A stretch of DNA of 64,000 nucleotides from positions 1 through 64,000 of the forward strand of contig VJWM01000203.1 in NCBI GenBank assembly GCA_010909165.1, written 5' to 3'. Source of the stretch: Anthoceros angustus. Taxonomy: Eukaryota > Plantae > Anthocerotophyta. Under the pieces are notes generated by a model. It saw only the letters and a list, made by a program, of their open reading frames with translations, made no database searches and was not told the origin of the DNA. The number at the start of each line of letters is the position of its first letter. Positions within the stretch are counted from its first letter, which is position 1. A program made the position numbers and the translations under genes. Shown here one piece after another: positions 13,801-26,197 of this stretch.

Positions 13801-14367
13801 GTACCAACGACATAACAAATAGGACAAATGACCAAATCCTTGCCCAAGTTTAAACACGCTTCCACGAGAAGGGCTTGGATTAGTAGACCTAGTAGCTTTA
13901 TGACGCTAGACAAGTCACTCATATGATGAGGCTTATCATCTTTTGTTCCATCACTTGAAGTTGTGCTTGTTGCGCATGCCTTGCTTCCGCCCGCCACAAC
14001 CGTTACCCTGAGTGGAGAGCCCATGAGGGAGTACGACCACGAATTGAGACAGGCGAGTGGAAGACTATAGCACATTGCAAGACTCCGACAACGAGTGGTC
14101 TCCTTTTGTTTTACGGAGATCTCAGATAACTCAACGTGTCTCGAGAGGGAGAGTTAGAAATCATCAAGGCTTGGTTAAGGTCGACTGCACCCAATGTGGA
14201 TTAGTCAAACTAGACTCAGCTAGTTGGTAGTTAGTTAACTAGCAGGCTAGTGAAAGGACACACCCCCTCGTAACCATCCTTTATAAGCCCACCTATGAAC
14301 TAAACATATTAATTGTTAATAAAGCATCTACTTGATGCAAGACGCTTCCGCATATGCATCTCTAACT
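10845..14367 (+). mobile_element. Ty1/copia 3' half (post-protease region, integrase, RT, RNase H, PPT, 3' LTR)
   Basis: YVPRMAKNLISV, HSRLGH (~11150), YTSQRNGVAEKAN (~11560-11600), RT KARLVAKGY-like (~12600) and YVDD (~12978), RNase H CDNMSAIALGTNPVFHARTKHIEI (~13676-13750); PPT GAGAGGGAG 14143-14151. Confidence 0.85.
14152..14367 (+). repeat. LTR, 216 bp, termini AGTT...AACT
   Basis: Directly follows the PPT; reverse-complement homolog of 19016-19239; followed by CGGAT (14368-14372). Confidence 0.85.
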
Positions 14368-17300
14368 CGGATCGGGTTAAACTCGGTGAAACAAAGGTGA
14401 TGTGCTGTTTCCTCCGTCATCAAGTTGACCCTAGAACCCGAATCCAATGGCACATTAGGCACCAAGCAACCTGCAATCTCAACCTCAATTTCTGGTGCCC
14501 CCAAATCAACAAGTTCAACCACAGTTACCTCCACCGGCCTCCTTTTGGTTCCCACGGGTTCAGGGATTCCCCTGATCGTTTCTTTCACAATTTTGCAGGA
14601 TCTTGGACTCACCGCAAGCAACTGTCTCAAGCTGACCACAAATTCTCGGTCAAGCAATGCATCAAGAAACGGAGATCTTATCCGCAACGCGTTTCCTCCG
14701 TTTCACCCACCTCGGCCGATTCCGACCTTATGGGTAAACTTCTCGAATCCATGGTCCCTCCTATCGGCTGGGACTCCATACCTGGCGGATTGACAATTCC
14801 AGGCTCCACTACCTCCTCTTCCATTTCCGTATGTCGGGTGTCGAGCCTCCTTAGCTCGTCCTCCAACATACCCGCAACCTCCTTGCTGATGTCGGGAGGG
14901 AACACCGACCGTCCCTCCCCTCCTCTGGGTTCTTCCGTTTCTTCACCCACCATGGTAGGCTGCTTACCTACCGGCGTAGGGTGCCAACCTACCGTGGTAG
15001 GCTGCATACCTACCTCGGTAGGGTGGTCTCATTCCTCCTTTTCTTCGGGCTGTTGGCCTCCCCGCGTTTCCGGAGGCCACGGTGAGTCGTCCCTCACCTT
15101 CCTTTTCTTCCTTTCCTCTTGCTCGCGACGTTTTTCAGACTTTCGGCCCTTCTCGCGATGCTCCGATCTGGTGGTAACCTTGGCCACCAGCAGCTCTTCG
15201 TCTGCACTCATCTCTCCTTCGTATCCTTCTCCACAATCCCTGAAGACACACTGGATTCATCGAGAAAATCAAATTCCGCTTCCACCTTCAGAATTGGCGT
15301 CGTGGTGACGGTGATCGCAGTTTCGGGATTGGATGGCGCTCCCTCTGCTACAGGTTCTATGAATTTCACTCCTGGTCATGCCGGTGCTACTTGTGCTACG
15401 CCCGAACACCTTGGGTCACCCACCTCGTGTCCCAACTTGTGGAACATGAAAGTTTGGGCACGCCTACTTTTTGGATCAAAAGGGATCAAACTAGAGCAAA
15501 ACTGGACCAGAGCTGAAGCGAACTGGAGAGAATTGAAGTGAAGTGGAAAAGAATGGTCAGAAGATCTTGAGGCAATTTCTTGGAGAATGAGGAGTAGAGG
15601 ATGAAGGCAATTAAGCCAAGGAAGTAGCTTGAGGTTGCTTTTGCACCGTTGATAGGCTTCAGAGGCAAAGGCCTGATTATTGGGGACCACCACCAAGTTT
15701 GAGGGGAAGGCAAAGTAATTTGCCACATGTGTGGAAGAGGATCTTTTGCAGGGCTCTAGGTTGGGAGCTCAGCATGCGAGAGAGGAGCAGCGATCGGTGC
15801 AAGGATGGGAGCGAGGAGCTCATGTTCAGGGTGAGCAGCCACAAGGGTTGCAAGAGGAGGCCATGGCGGTGCCGAGGCACATGGAAGTGCTCTCTATGGA
15901 GTCACGATGTGAGGATGGCCGTGTGTTGAACTAGGAAAGGCTGTGGTAGAGCACTCCACGGTGAATTTGTAGGGCATTGCAAGATGGAGGTGTGGCCAAA
16001 CCATAGGAAGTGTTGCGGTGGGCTGCAACATGGTGAAGGATCACAACGGGTGTGTGCATCATGATGGCGGAATTGCAGTACGCAAGTCAAAGTGAAGGGA
16101 GGCCGTTGTGGTGGCCGCGAGGAGAAATGGGTAGCAAGGAGGGTTGATACAAGATGTTGTTGAGGCGTGAGGAGTTCACTGGGGAATAAGTACAGTTTAT
16201 TCAAGTTGAGTGTTGTGCAGCCAATTTGGTGTGTTGGACAGTGTAAGAACTGTAGAGTTAAGCATCCTAGGGATGGATCAGTACCGAGATGGGGTGCTTT
16301 TGTGTGAGGTGTTATATTTGCGGAAGTCACATGAGAGCTAATTGGGAGAGTGTTTGAGTGGTGCACTGTGGAACGAACAATTTTGGTCACCCCATGCGCG
16401 AAAGGGGGGGAGACTGACGCGTAGGATGGGTAGTGTCGTTCGAGTAGGTAGGAAGTAGGTAGGACGATAGAGACAGGGAGGAAGGTGGTCGGACGTCCGA
16501 GGGAAGCTCGGGGCTTAAGTGAGTCGGCGAACTCGTAGGAGGTTCGATCTGGTAGGAAGCATGGGTAGATAGGAGCATATATAGGCATGATAGGTTCCAG
16601 AAATTCCTTGGACCTTGGGAAATAGGAATATTCGGGGATAAGAAGTTCCTTGGCCTTCGGATTATTTAGATTCGAGCTGGAGCCGCTCTATCTCTCGTTC
16701 GCGTTCCGCGACCATGTCCTGCAGACTACCATTCCTCTCAATGGTAGTTTGGAGCCACCCAAGGTCTCCTCGGTCTTCCATCTCCTCCGTGCCACCCCAC
16801 GCACTGAGTCCCGAGATCCTCCATCTCCTTGTCGTGAGCTTCCCTCGGGGCTGGCTGGTCCGCGCTCGCCGCCTCCCCGCTCCATCTTGAGAGCTGAGGC
16901 GCTCATCTCCCGTCAAGTCTTGGACCCCTCGTTGAGAACCCTTGCCGCCCAGCCTTGGAGTTGTAACTCAGGTGTCCTTCTGTCCTCCAGCCTCGCCGCC
17001 TCCTTCTACCTCCTCGTACCGCTCGAGGTCCCCTGACGGTCCGGCTCTCAGCCGACGGCTCGTCCGTGCTTCACGCCGCCCGCTTGGCCTTGATTACCCC
17101 CCGCCTCCCTCCACCGGTTCCGATCACGCCCGATAGTGATCGCGGCTCACCTGCCGTGGCTTCCAATCCTCCACCTGGACCCTCCAATGGTCCATATTTG
17201 GCCATTGGGCCAAATTCTCACAGAACCTTGGGCGCCATGCTCTTGCAAAACCCTCACCGCCTACCTCAATTGCCGATAACTCGCTTTAATTCCAACTTGG

Positions 17301-17600
17301 CCGCCCTGTGGTTTCTTCCTTCGTGAATCGCGAGCTCCCGCCGCCACTGTGGCCCGCCTTTATGCCTCGTGCGAGCTCAGGCCGCTGGGATTGTCTGAGC
17401 CACTACCGCTGGCCAGCAGGCTTTTCCGAGTTCCTTTAGGGTTATATTTCCCGAAACTCTACGACCGCCAACCGGCTTCGCTACCACTTCTTCTTCCGAC
17501 CGCTCCTTCCTTCCACGATCCATTCGTCCGTTAAACATGCTCTTGAAACATAGTCCCCAGACACCCAACACCACACACAGCTTCAACTATTGGTTCGACC
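14368..17600 (-). mobile_element. Ty3/gypsy 5' half (leader, gag-like region, N-terminal half of protease), inverted relative to its 3' half
   Basis: ORF 14328..14687(-) has LDSGSRVNLMTEETAHHLCFTEFNPI ending at the LTR junction; E/K-rich gag linker 14680-15210. The left end is exact; the right end is approximate. Confidence 0.65.
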
Positions 17601-19003
17601 TCTAGCCTACGGACCTCACGCCAAATATGGGGACCCTCCCACATATATAGACTTCCTATTAGATATTCCGAGACCAAAGGCCAAGGAGTATCAATTCATA
17701 GTCTAAGGACCGATTATTATTCAACCTGTGAAACAACCCAAAAACTCATAGGTCAAGGACACTTTCTAGTATAAATATCCCTTCCCATCGACAACCTAGC
17801 TCGTTTGACACCAAACTTAGCAGAAAAAACAAAAATCACTCAAAGACACAATCCAATGGAGTTTCAAATCCAGATCGTTTACCCGGGGCCAACTTAAAAT
17901 ATTTTAAGTTGGTCAGTCAAACGTGCCTGTGCCGCTGCCGGAACCGCGCGTGGGAGGAAGGGGCGAGCGCGCTACCGATCTGACGGCGGGGTCAGGCGCG
18001 CGGCCGCGCCGGATCTCGAGCGCTGGTGGGATCTGGGCGCCACAGGATGGCGTCCCTCCTTATGCCGATTGTCCCCAACCTTGGCACCCCATCCAATTCG
18101 TAAATGTGTAATCCGCCTTTCTCGCAGAATCCACGCTGCAATTTTGTGGTGACAGTAGGTAGGGCGCCTGGTGTGGTCACTGGTTGACAAGTCCCCACAA
18201 CATCGAAGCAGATCTGTGTCGCTAGAATTGGACCATGGTTGACCAGCACTCTTTGCTGAAAATTGAGAATTCGATGTTAAATTTGGGGCTGAGTTCATGG
18301 ATCTGGCTACCAGATCGTGATCCAGAGTATGTAGGTCTCCAATCACGCTCTTGCAGCAGAATTGTAAGCACATCAGCTAAGGAAGATCCAAGATGATGTA
18401 GACACTTGGGCGCCGATGATAATCCAGAACCTCGAGCAGAATTGCGATTTGGCGAACGTGAACGGGCTGCCTGATTGTGCTTCCTCCTTGCCTCAGCATG
18501 GTTGCGTCGTTGTTTGCGGCCCATAGTTCTTGTGCTTGAAGATTAAAAAGCTAAAAGCAAAAGCAAAAGTAGGCAGATTGCTTAGAAGAATGTAAGCAAA
18601 AATGATGCTATTCTTAAGCAAAATTAACCTATAAAAGGCCCAATGACTAGGCCTTATAGAATCACAAGAACTAGAAGGGTGGCTAGATTCCATAACCAAT
18701 CAATTTACAAAAATTGGTTTGGAAATTGAACTAATGAAAATAATCAATAAAGTAGCTATGATAATTACTTTACTTAGAAAGTTCTAAGCTAATTATTTTC
18801 ACTTAGCAATGGTATGATGGGCAACATGAGTTTCTACGTATCAGAACTAGCGGATGCTGCCTATGATGCGTATGATAGTCGCTATCGGAAATGCATATCA
18901 AAATGCATTTTCATCAACTAAAATTGGGTATGAGGTTGCTAGCTTATCTTCCTAAGTTGATTAGGGAAGAAAATTAGCAACAAAGCCATTGAAATATCAC
19001 ATG

Positions 19004-19015
19004 GCTCTGATACCA
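19004..19015 (-). promoter_or_regulatory. Primer-binding site (tRNA-iMet)
   Basis: TGGTATCAGAGC on the minus strand immediately after the LTR end. Confidence 0.9.
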
Positions 19016-19239
19016 AGTTAGAGATGCATATGCGGAAGCGTCTTGCATCAAGTAGATGCTTTATCAACAATAAATATGTTTAGTTCATAGGTGGGCTTGT
19101 AAAGGATGGTTACGAGGGGGTGTGTCCTTTCACTAGCCTGCTAGTTAACTAACTACCAACTAGCTGAGTCTAGTTTGACTAATCCACATTGGGTCTGGTC
19201 TAGTCGACCTTAACCAACGCAGTCTGCACTATTTCAACT
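19016..19239 (-). repeat. LTR, 224 bp, 5' LTR in minus orientation, termini AGTT...AACT
   Basis: Homologous to 14152-14367; followed by a PBS; flanked by ATCCG at 19240-19244. Confidence 0.85.
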
Positions 19240-21330
19240 ATCCGAGTGTTCTTGAGGATGGCCGACCAAACAAGGAGGAAACCCTTGGGGGTGTTGAGAA
19301 ACGTGCCAACTGTGATTGGTAGTCTCACATTCCATCTCACCTACATTGTTATGAGGCCTATGTCGGATCTAGGCTACAAGGTTTTGATAGGCAGGCCTTG
19401 GTTGTATGGTACTGCCTGTGTCTTTGATTTCGGTCGCAGCGGCATTACATTTAAGTCATGTAGGGTAGGGCCTGCCGAGGTCGCTTTTGTGTCATGGAGC
19501 AAGGCGCCCTATGAAGGGAGTCCGCTGGCCCACCTCGGGTGGCACACTAGTACGGGTAAGTGGGACTGAACCTACCAAGGACCCTCAGTTGAGGTGGCCA
19601 CAATAAAGTCTGAGTTGATGTATACCTGTCTACAAGTAGAGGATGTTGTAGAGGAGGAGTCAGAGGACGAGACGCATAGAGAAGGAGTAGCTTTTTGGAA
19701 GGATAAAGCCTATGATCGTGATTTTCCTGACGAAAGATTAGGGAACAGTGCAGGTAACAGTCCGGAAGGGACTTATGTAGATCCAGATGCAGTAGAAGAT
19801 TTGGAGCTAGAGCCTAGCAAGGTAGTTAAGATCTCCAGGTACTTAGGAGTGGTAGAAAAAGAGGAGTTTCATAGGGTACTTAAAGAATATGTCGATGTGT
19901 TTGCCTTCAAAATTATTGACATGACAGGAATTCCGGAAGAGCTGGGGATACATCGAATCGACCTGAAGGAGGGCAGCACCCCTGTAAGGATCAAACAATA
20001 CCGGCTGAATCCCAAGTATTCTATGGTCGTCAAGGATCAATTGGACCAATACTTGGAGGCAGGAGTAATTTATCCGGTAACTTACCAGTGAGTGGGTTGT
20101 CTCAGTGATTGTTCTAGCAATAGGGAAGGTAATGTGTGTCAAGATTTCAGGAGGCTTAATGAAGCGACGTAGGAGGACCACCACCCTTTGCCTTTCATGG
20201 ATAGTGTGCTGGATACGGTAGCCGGACATGAAATGAACAGTTTCCTAGACGGACACTCGGGTTACAATCAGATTTCGTTGAGGAAGGAGGATCGGGTCAA
20301 AACCACGTTCACAACAGATTGGGGCACTTATGCTTATTCAAAATTGCCTTTAGGGTTGTGCAACGCTCCTGCCACCTTCCAACGTATAGTGAACGCCATA
20401 TTTCGAGATTTCTTACGGAAGTTCATGGAGGTATTCCTGGATGATTTTTGCGTGTTTGGGAAGAGAGAGCTGCACCTGGGACACCTGAGGCAGTGTTTCC
20501 ACAAGTGCAGGGAATCCAACATGAAATTGCATCCAGGAAAGTGTTATTTCGGTATGACGGAAGGCATTCTGTTGGCACATTGAGTTTCAGTACGAGGATT
20601 GCAGGTAGATGAGGAGAAAGTAGCAGTTATAGTTGAGATGGACGCGCCACAGACAGTGAGACAGGTGCGTGCTTTTGTAGGACTAGTAGGATATTACAGG
20701 AGGTTCATCAAGGATTTTGCCAAGAAGGCAGCCTTGTTGACACAACTGACCAAGAAGGATATACCTTTCAAATGGACGGCTGCGAGGGAGGAGGCTTTTC
20801 AGCAGTTGAAGGACAGTTTGGTGAGCGCACCAACGTTGCAACCGCTGGACAGGGAGAAACCGTTTCATGTCTACGTAGATGTGTCTGCTTATGCCATTTG
20901 GACCATCTTAATCCAGAAGGATGAGAAGAAACGGGATCACCCGATTTTTTATGCCGGACAACAACTCACAGACACTGAGAAGAACTTCTCGACCACCGAA
21001 CGGGAAGGTCTTGGTATCATCTACTCCTGTAAGAAGTTTAGACACTATCTGCTGGCTTGTAAGGTGACGTTTCATGTTGACCATTTTGCGCTGAAGTACC
21101 TTGTAAACAAGCCAGATTTGTCCGGAAGGATTGCCAGGTGGGTGTTTCTGTTGCAAGAGTTCGACTATGACGTAGAAACTAGGCCAGGGAAGCAGCATCA
21201 AAATGCTGACTTCATTTCTCGTCTGAAAACTGGAGAACGACTTGAGGCCACGGATGACCGATTTCCTGACGAGGAGTTGGTTGCCACCACTCGGGTCGAC
21301 GAAGGTGGATGTGAACATGAGGGAGACTGC
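19240..21330 (+). mobile_element. Ty3/gypsy pol: C-terminal half of protease, RT, RNase H (stops and frameshifts)
   Basis: IRVFLRMADQTRRKPLG...LIGRPWL; PVRIKQYRLNP; FLDGHSGYNQI; PLGLCNAPATFQR; FLDDF; FHVYVDVS; EKNFSTTEREGL; LLQEFDY...NADFISR. Confidence 0.9.
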
Positions 21331-22409
21331 CTAAGGATTGACCAGTCAGACTCGTTGCTGATAGAGAAGATGGATGAGCAAGAAGGGAGTGTTGTGAAGG
21401 AACAGCTGCAGCAGGACGATCTGGAAATCCGGGGGAAGACCAGAGGACGCCAGCACGAGCGCGAGGGGGCTGGGGCACTCTTTAAGGGTGAGCAGTCAGG
21501 AGGGCTGCAAGCGGAGGCCATGATGGTGGCAAGGAAGGATGGAGGGATTGCGTGGAAATCGCAATTTGCAATTGTGTTGTGTCGTTGTAGGTCGAGAATT
21601 GGTGATTTTTCGGAGCAGTGCAGGAGGTGCAGCTGCTGTAGAGGGAAAGTTAGAGAGCGCCTTGTTTGTTTAGAAGGCCGAGGTAGGGTGTTGCTGCAAG
21701 TAGCGATTGTTTCCCCAGAATCCGATCGTTCACACAAGTCTCATGGGACGAAACCCAACGTACGAAGCGACAGTGGGACAAGTGTGGTCGCTAGAGGGGA
21801 AACCTCGGAAGCCCCGGGGTTTTTCTCCCCACACCGAAGGCCAAGGGTCACCTACCCCATCCTCTGAAGATCAAGGTATTTTTTCCTACCACGACCTACC
21901 AAAGACCAAGGTCTTTTTTGCCTATAAAGCTAAGTGCCATGATTAGTCTGTAAATCCTAAAGGTTAGTACCCCGTTGCAGATTCGAAGTCCCATTCCTAC
22001 TACCGACCTACCGACCTATCTACCAACTGTCTACGACGACTTGAGTCGCACTCCTGCTACACTAGTCAGAAACCTCCTACCTACGAGACTTCCCTACCTC
22101 CTACCTAAACGACCAAACTTTTTCCCTCCACAAACATTTACATAGCGATTGTTCACAATTGCTAGCTTGAAGCAAGTGCAGGGACTTCAAAGAAGAGCTT
22201 AATTGGTTGCACCTACACTCCAATTACCAGTCATTCCACCCTCATGTGCCAGCTAAAGATGAATAAAGCGTGTCTGCTCTGCACGATACACTGATCAAGT
22301 GGTTGACACCAAACCTTGTTGTCACGGAGACATACCTCAACATCCAGTTCTCACAAGCCTGCTCAACTGCCGCAGCTATTGCAGCCCTAGGCTTGGATTT
22401 TCAAGTTCA

Positions 22410-25000
22410 TGAAGGATTTTGCCAAGAAGGCAGCCTTGTTGACGCAGTTGACCAAGAAGGACATGCCCTTCAAATGGACATAGCCAAGGCAAGAAGCCTT
22501 TCAGCAGTTGAAGGATAGTTTGGTGAGCGCACCGACGCTACAAACACCAGATTGGGAAAAACCGTTCCACGTGTACGTAGATGTGTGTGCTTGCGCTATT
22601 GGGACTATCTTAAGCCAGAAGGACGAGAAGAAGCGGGATCATCCAATTTTCTATGATGGTAGGCAACTTACGGATGCTGAGAGAAATTATACAACCACTG
22701 AGAGGGAAGGTCTTAGCATCATATACTCTTGTAAGAAGTTTAGACACTACTTGCTTGCTTGGAAGGTGACGTTCCATGTAAACCATTTTGCGTTAAAGTA
22801 CCTTGTGAACAAGCCATATTTATCATGAAGGATTGTTAGGTGGGTCGTGTTGCTGCAAGAGTTTGATTTTGATGTGGAAACCATGCTAGGGAAGCAACAT
22901 ATGAGCCACCTCTCCTTCCTTCAAATTGCGATCTCTTCGCCGTTTCTCTACCTCCTTCTGCCAACGTTGTGGCCTCCACATGCAGCCCTTCTGACTGCTC
23001 ACCCTTAAAGAGCATACCTTGCTCCTCCTTGCACCCATGCTGCTGCTCTTTTACTTCACCTCAAACTCCTAGATCGTCCTCCTGCAGCAAATCCTGCACA
23101 AAACCTCTTCCACAGACTATTTGGTCCTTCTGCTTGCAACACCTCTTGCTGCACAGCCTCAATCAAATTTGTACTTTGCTCATGATCCTCTCCCCCTAAC
23201 CGCGCTACTGCTACCAGCTCCTCGTTGGAAAATGGGTCATCAGTGGCCACAATCCATTTTCCAGTTTTCAGACGGGAAACAAAATCGGCATTGTGTGCCT
23301 CATGAGGAGGTGTGTGTGCTGGAGTCTAGGAGCGGAGGTAGCTCAGCATTGACGGTGTATATGGAGAAGGATTGTGGAGAAACCACACCTCAAAGAGTGC
23401 TTGCAGTGGAGCTGCATGAAAGAACGTCAGCGGTCGGTCGGCATTGGTTGCCGTGAAAACGCAGAATGTGAGGAGATCGCGCTGAGCGTGCAGGGCTAGT
23501 CATGAGACTAGGGAGCATAGAGATGAAGAGGCAGCGATGGCGCCGAGATGAGTAGGTTGATGGCACACGCGCGAGGTGCCCGACACGTCGGACAGGAAGG
23601 AGTTTTGCAAGCCAAGTTGATGTGGCCACAATCCATTTTCCAGTTTTCAGACGGGAAACAAAATCGGCATTGTGTGCCTCATGAGGAGGTGTGTGTGCTG
23701 GAGTCTAGGAGCGGAGGTAGCTCAGCATTGACGGTGTATATGGAGAAGGATTGTGGAGAAACCACACCTCAAAGAGTGCTTGCAGTGGAGCTGCATGAAA
23801 GAACGTCGACAGGTCCACGGTCGACTGCATAAGTGGTTGCCAGGAAAACGCAGCAATGTGAGGAGATCGCTGCTAGAGCGCGGTCTGGGGCTAGTCATGA
23901 GACTAGGGAGCATAGAGATGAAGAGGCAGCGATGGCGCCGAGAGATGAGTAGGTTGATGGCCTGCACGCATGGGTGCCAGCAACGTCGACGCTGCAGGAA
24001 GGGACTGGTTTTGCAAGCCAAGTTGAGGCCGAGGCTGTGGCCATAGCACCGACATCCCTTAGTGGGCAAACTAGAGGGGGACGGCGAGGTGCACATGGGA
24101 AGAGGAGGTCAGAGCGTGAAGGACTCCCATGTCCACGGTATTTGCTAAGCAATGGCGAAGATTCTTAGAGCACGGGATCATGCCTGATGGTTTGTCAAGG
24201 GAAGGGCGTGCTGTTTTTCTTCACAAAACTGCGCCTTATTGTCTAAGAGATGGGGTCTTATACAAGCTTAGTCCGGATGGGAAGATCCGACGTTTTTTGG
24301 AAGAGAAGGAAGCTACTCTCGTCATAGAAGCTTTGCATGCAGAAGAGGCCAGAGGCCATTATTCGGTACAAATTACGATGAAGAAGATCATAGATGCAGG
24401 CTTTTGGTGGGCCACGATGCAGCCCTGGGATGTGTGGGATTTTATTCGGAGGTGTGATGCATGCCAACAGGTTGGGAGGTCAACTTTGTCAACACAATGG
24501 CCTCTTACTTATATCCTACCTTTGGCACCTTTTGAGAAGTGGGGCATAGACTTTGTGGGTCCCATAAGGCCACCCACAAAATGGACAAGGAAGCAATATA
24601 TTTTGGTAGATACGGACTACTGCACAAAAATGGCAGAGGCCGAAGCAACAAGGAAGAATGATGCACCAATAGTGGCAAAGTTTCTCTTTGAGAACATCAT
24701 AACTCAGTATGGGTGTCCTTTGGAGCTGGTCAGCAATAGGGGAACTCATTTTCTCAACTCAGTGATAAAGTCTCTTACCTCCTACTTCAATATCCGGCAT
24801 CGAAAGACAACTCCTTACAATCCCAAGGCAAATGGTTTGACGGAGAAGACGAATGGTTTGTCGTGTACAATCTTGTCCAAGGTAACTGTCACTCATATGT
24901 ATGATTGGGACACCAAATTGCATTTAGCTTTGTGGGCTTACAGGACAGTAGAGAAGGTGACCACCAAGAAGACTCCCTATTATTTAACGTATGTAGAAGA
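22410..25000 (+). mobile_element. Second related Ty3/gypsy segment: RNase H and integrase, with internal inversion and duplication
   Basis: 22410-22900 repeats the 20708-21200 RNase H region. ORF 24129..25073 has HAEEARGH...CDACQ zinc finger, KWGIDFVGP, SNRGTHF, YNPKANGLTE. Confidence 0.85.
23243..24026 (+). repeat. Tandem duplication, ~379-bp period
   Basis: GTGGCCACAATCCATTTTCCAG... recurs at 23243 and 23622; copy 1 lacks several short stretches present in copy 2. Confidence 0.9.
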
Positions 25001-25164
25001 GGGGCCTGATGTCGGGCTGTTCGTATCCTCCCCCTTCGAATTTCCCTTGAAGTCAAACCTCAACTCCTCATGAGTTTCTGGATGCACAATCTTAACAGCT
25101 CTATTGATCCTATGCTGACTTGTAATATATGGAGGAAGTCGACCACCACATGGTGTTTGACCTG

Positions 25165-25405
25165 TAATGGAATATAGCTTATTTTGGAATAGATATGTGT
25201 TAAAACATAATGGTGGTTTCAGTTACAATTAAATTAGGTTTAGTTTTATTATTCGTTAATTAATAACCGTCAAGAACCGTTTTTGTATAAGACCCTTTCT
25301 TTGTGTGTAATTTGTATCATCTTTCGATTCCAACTTGCTCTTGTCCCTCTTGCTTACCTCTTGCACGATCTTCATACATGCGATCCTAGGCTACCAACTT
25401 CTTTA
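25165..25405 (+). repeat. 5' LTR, 241 bp, termini TAAT...TTTA
   Basis: Bounded by the TSD and the PBS; near-identical to 34414-34654. Confidence 0.95.
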
Positions 25406-26046
25406 TGGTATCAGAGCCTTGATTCTGCTCATACCCCATGTAGCTAATCCTCATGGGGTAGCTATGCTTCTTTTTAAAAAAAAAAATGGAAGAGGGGAAC
25501 ACATCCCACTTGCCTTCAACGAGGCAAAATAGCAAGTAAGGAAGCATATCGGATACTTCACGGAAAAATGTAGCAGATGCATCACGGCATCCTTTCCTCA
25601 AAAGTAATCGAAAGGATTGAACCCCATACCAATCCAGGTGCACGACTGCTGCGGGCTCCGGGATTTTAAGCAAAGGCCCGAAGAAAACATGCACGAAGTA
25701 CCCAAGATGACTGCATCCTTGCCCGTGATCCGCCGCGCCCAACCAACTCCGATGGAATTCTGGAATTCTGCCACAACTCGTAGATGATGCTGGCCGATTA
25801 TAGTCGCGATGTGGGGGCGAATCAGGTGCGCGGCGCAGGGATCAAAATTGTTGAGTAGCGGGTGCAAATTGAGGCGCCACAGACATTGAGGCGCAAGCAC
25901 GCCGCGAAGCGGGCGCGTGCGTTGCTGCCGCTGACGGCGTGCAGCTTCCGGGTTACCACAGCGGCCGCTGACGGCGTGGCCGCATTACGCGGCCGCGCCC
26001 CGATCGCCGTTCATTTCTAAAAGGATTTCATTCCTGACCGAGGCAC

Positions 26047-26117
26047 CACACCAGACGGGAGTCGAACCCGGGCGACTCGAGTTGAAGTCACAGTTACTAT
26101 AAACTATACCAAGGCAG
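26047..26117 (-). pseudogene. tRNA-like relic (possibly Gly-derived) antisense in the copia leader
   Basis: Minus strand has TGGTATAGT (A-box-like) and CCGGGTTCGACTCCCG (T arm, B box) followed by TCTGGTGTG; ~70 nt; acceptor and anticodon stems pair poorly. Confidence 0.5.
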
Positions 26118-26197
26118 CTTCTTATATCACTATTGCTTTTAGTTAATTTATCTACACTACCTTAGATCCTTTACATCCTCATTAGTTGTAATATGCT

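Noticed and set aside
14313-15308. 331-aa plus-strand ORF
   Set aside because: Antisense to the gypsy gag/protease; Ser-rich mirror of an E/K-rich region.
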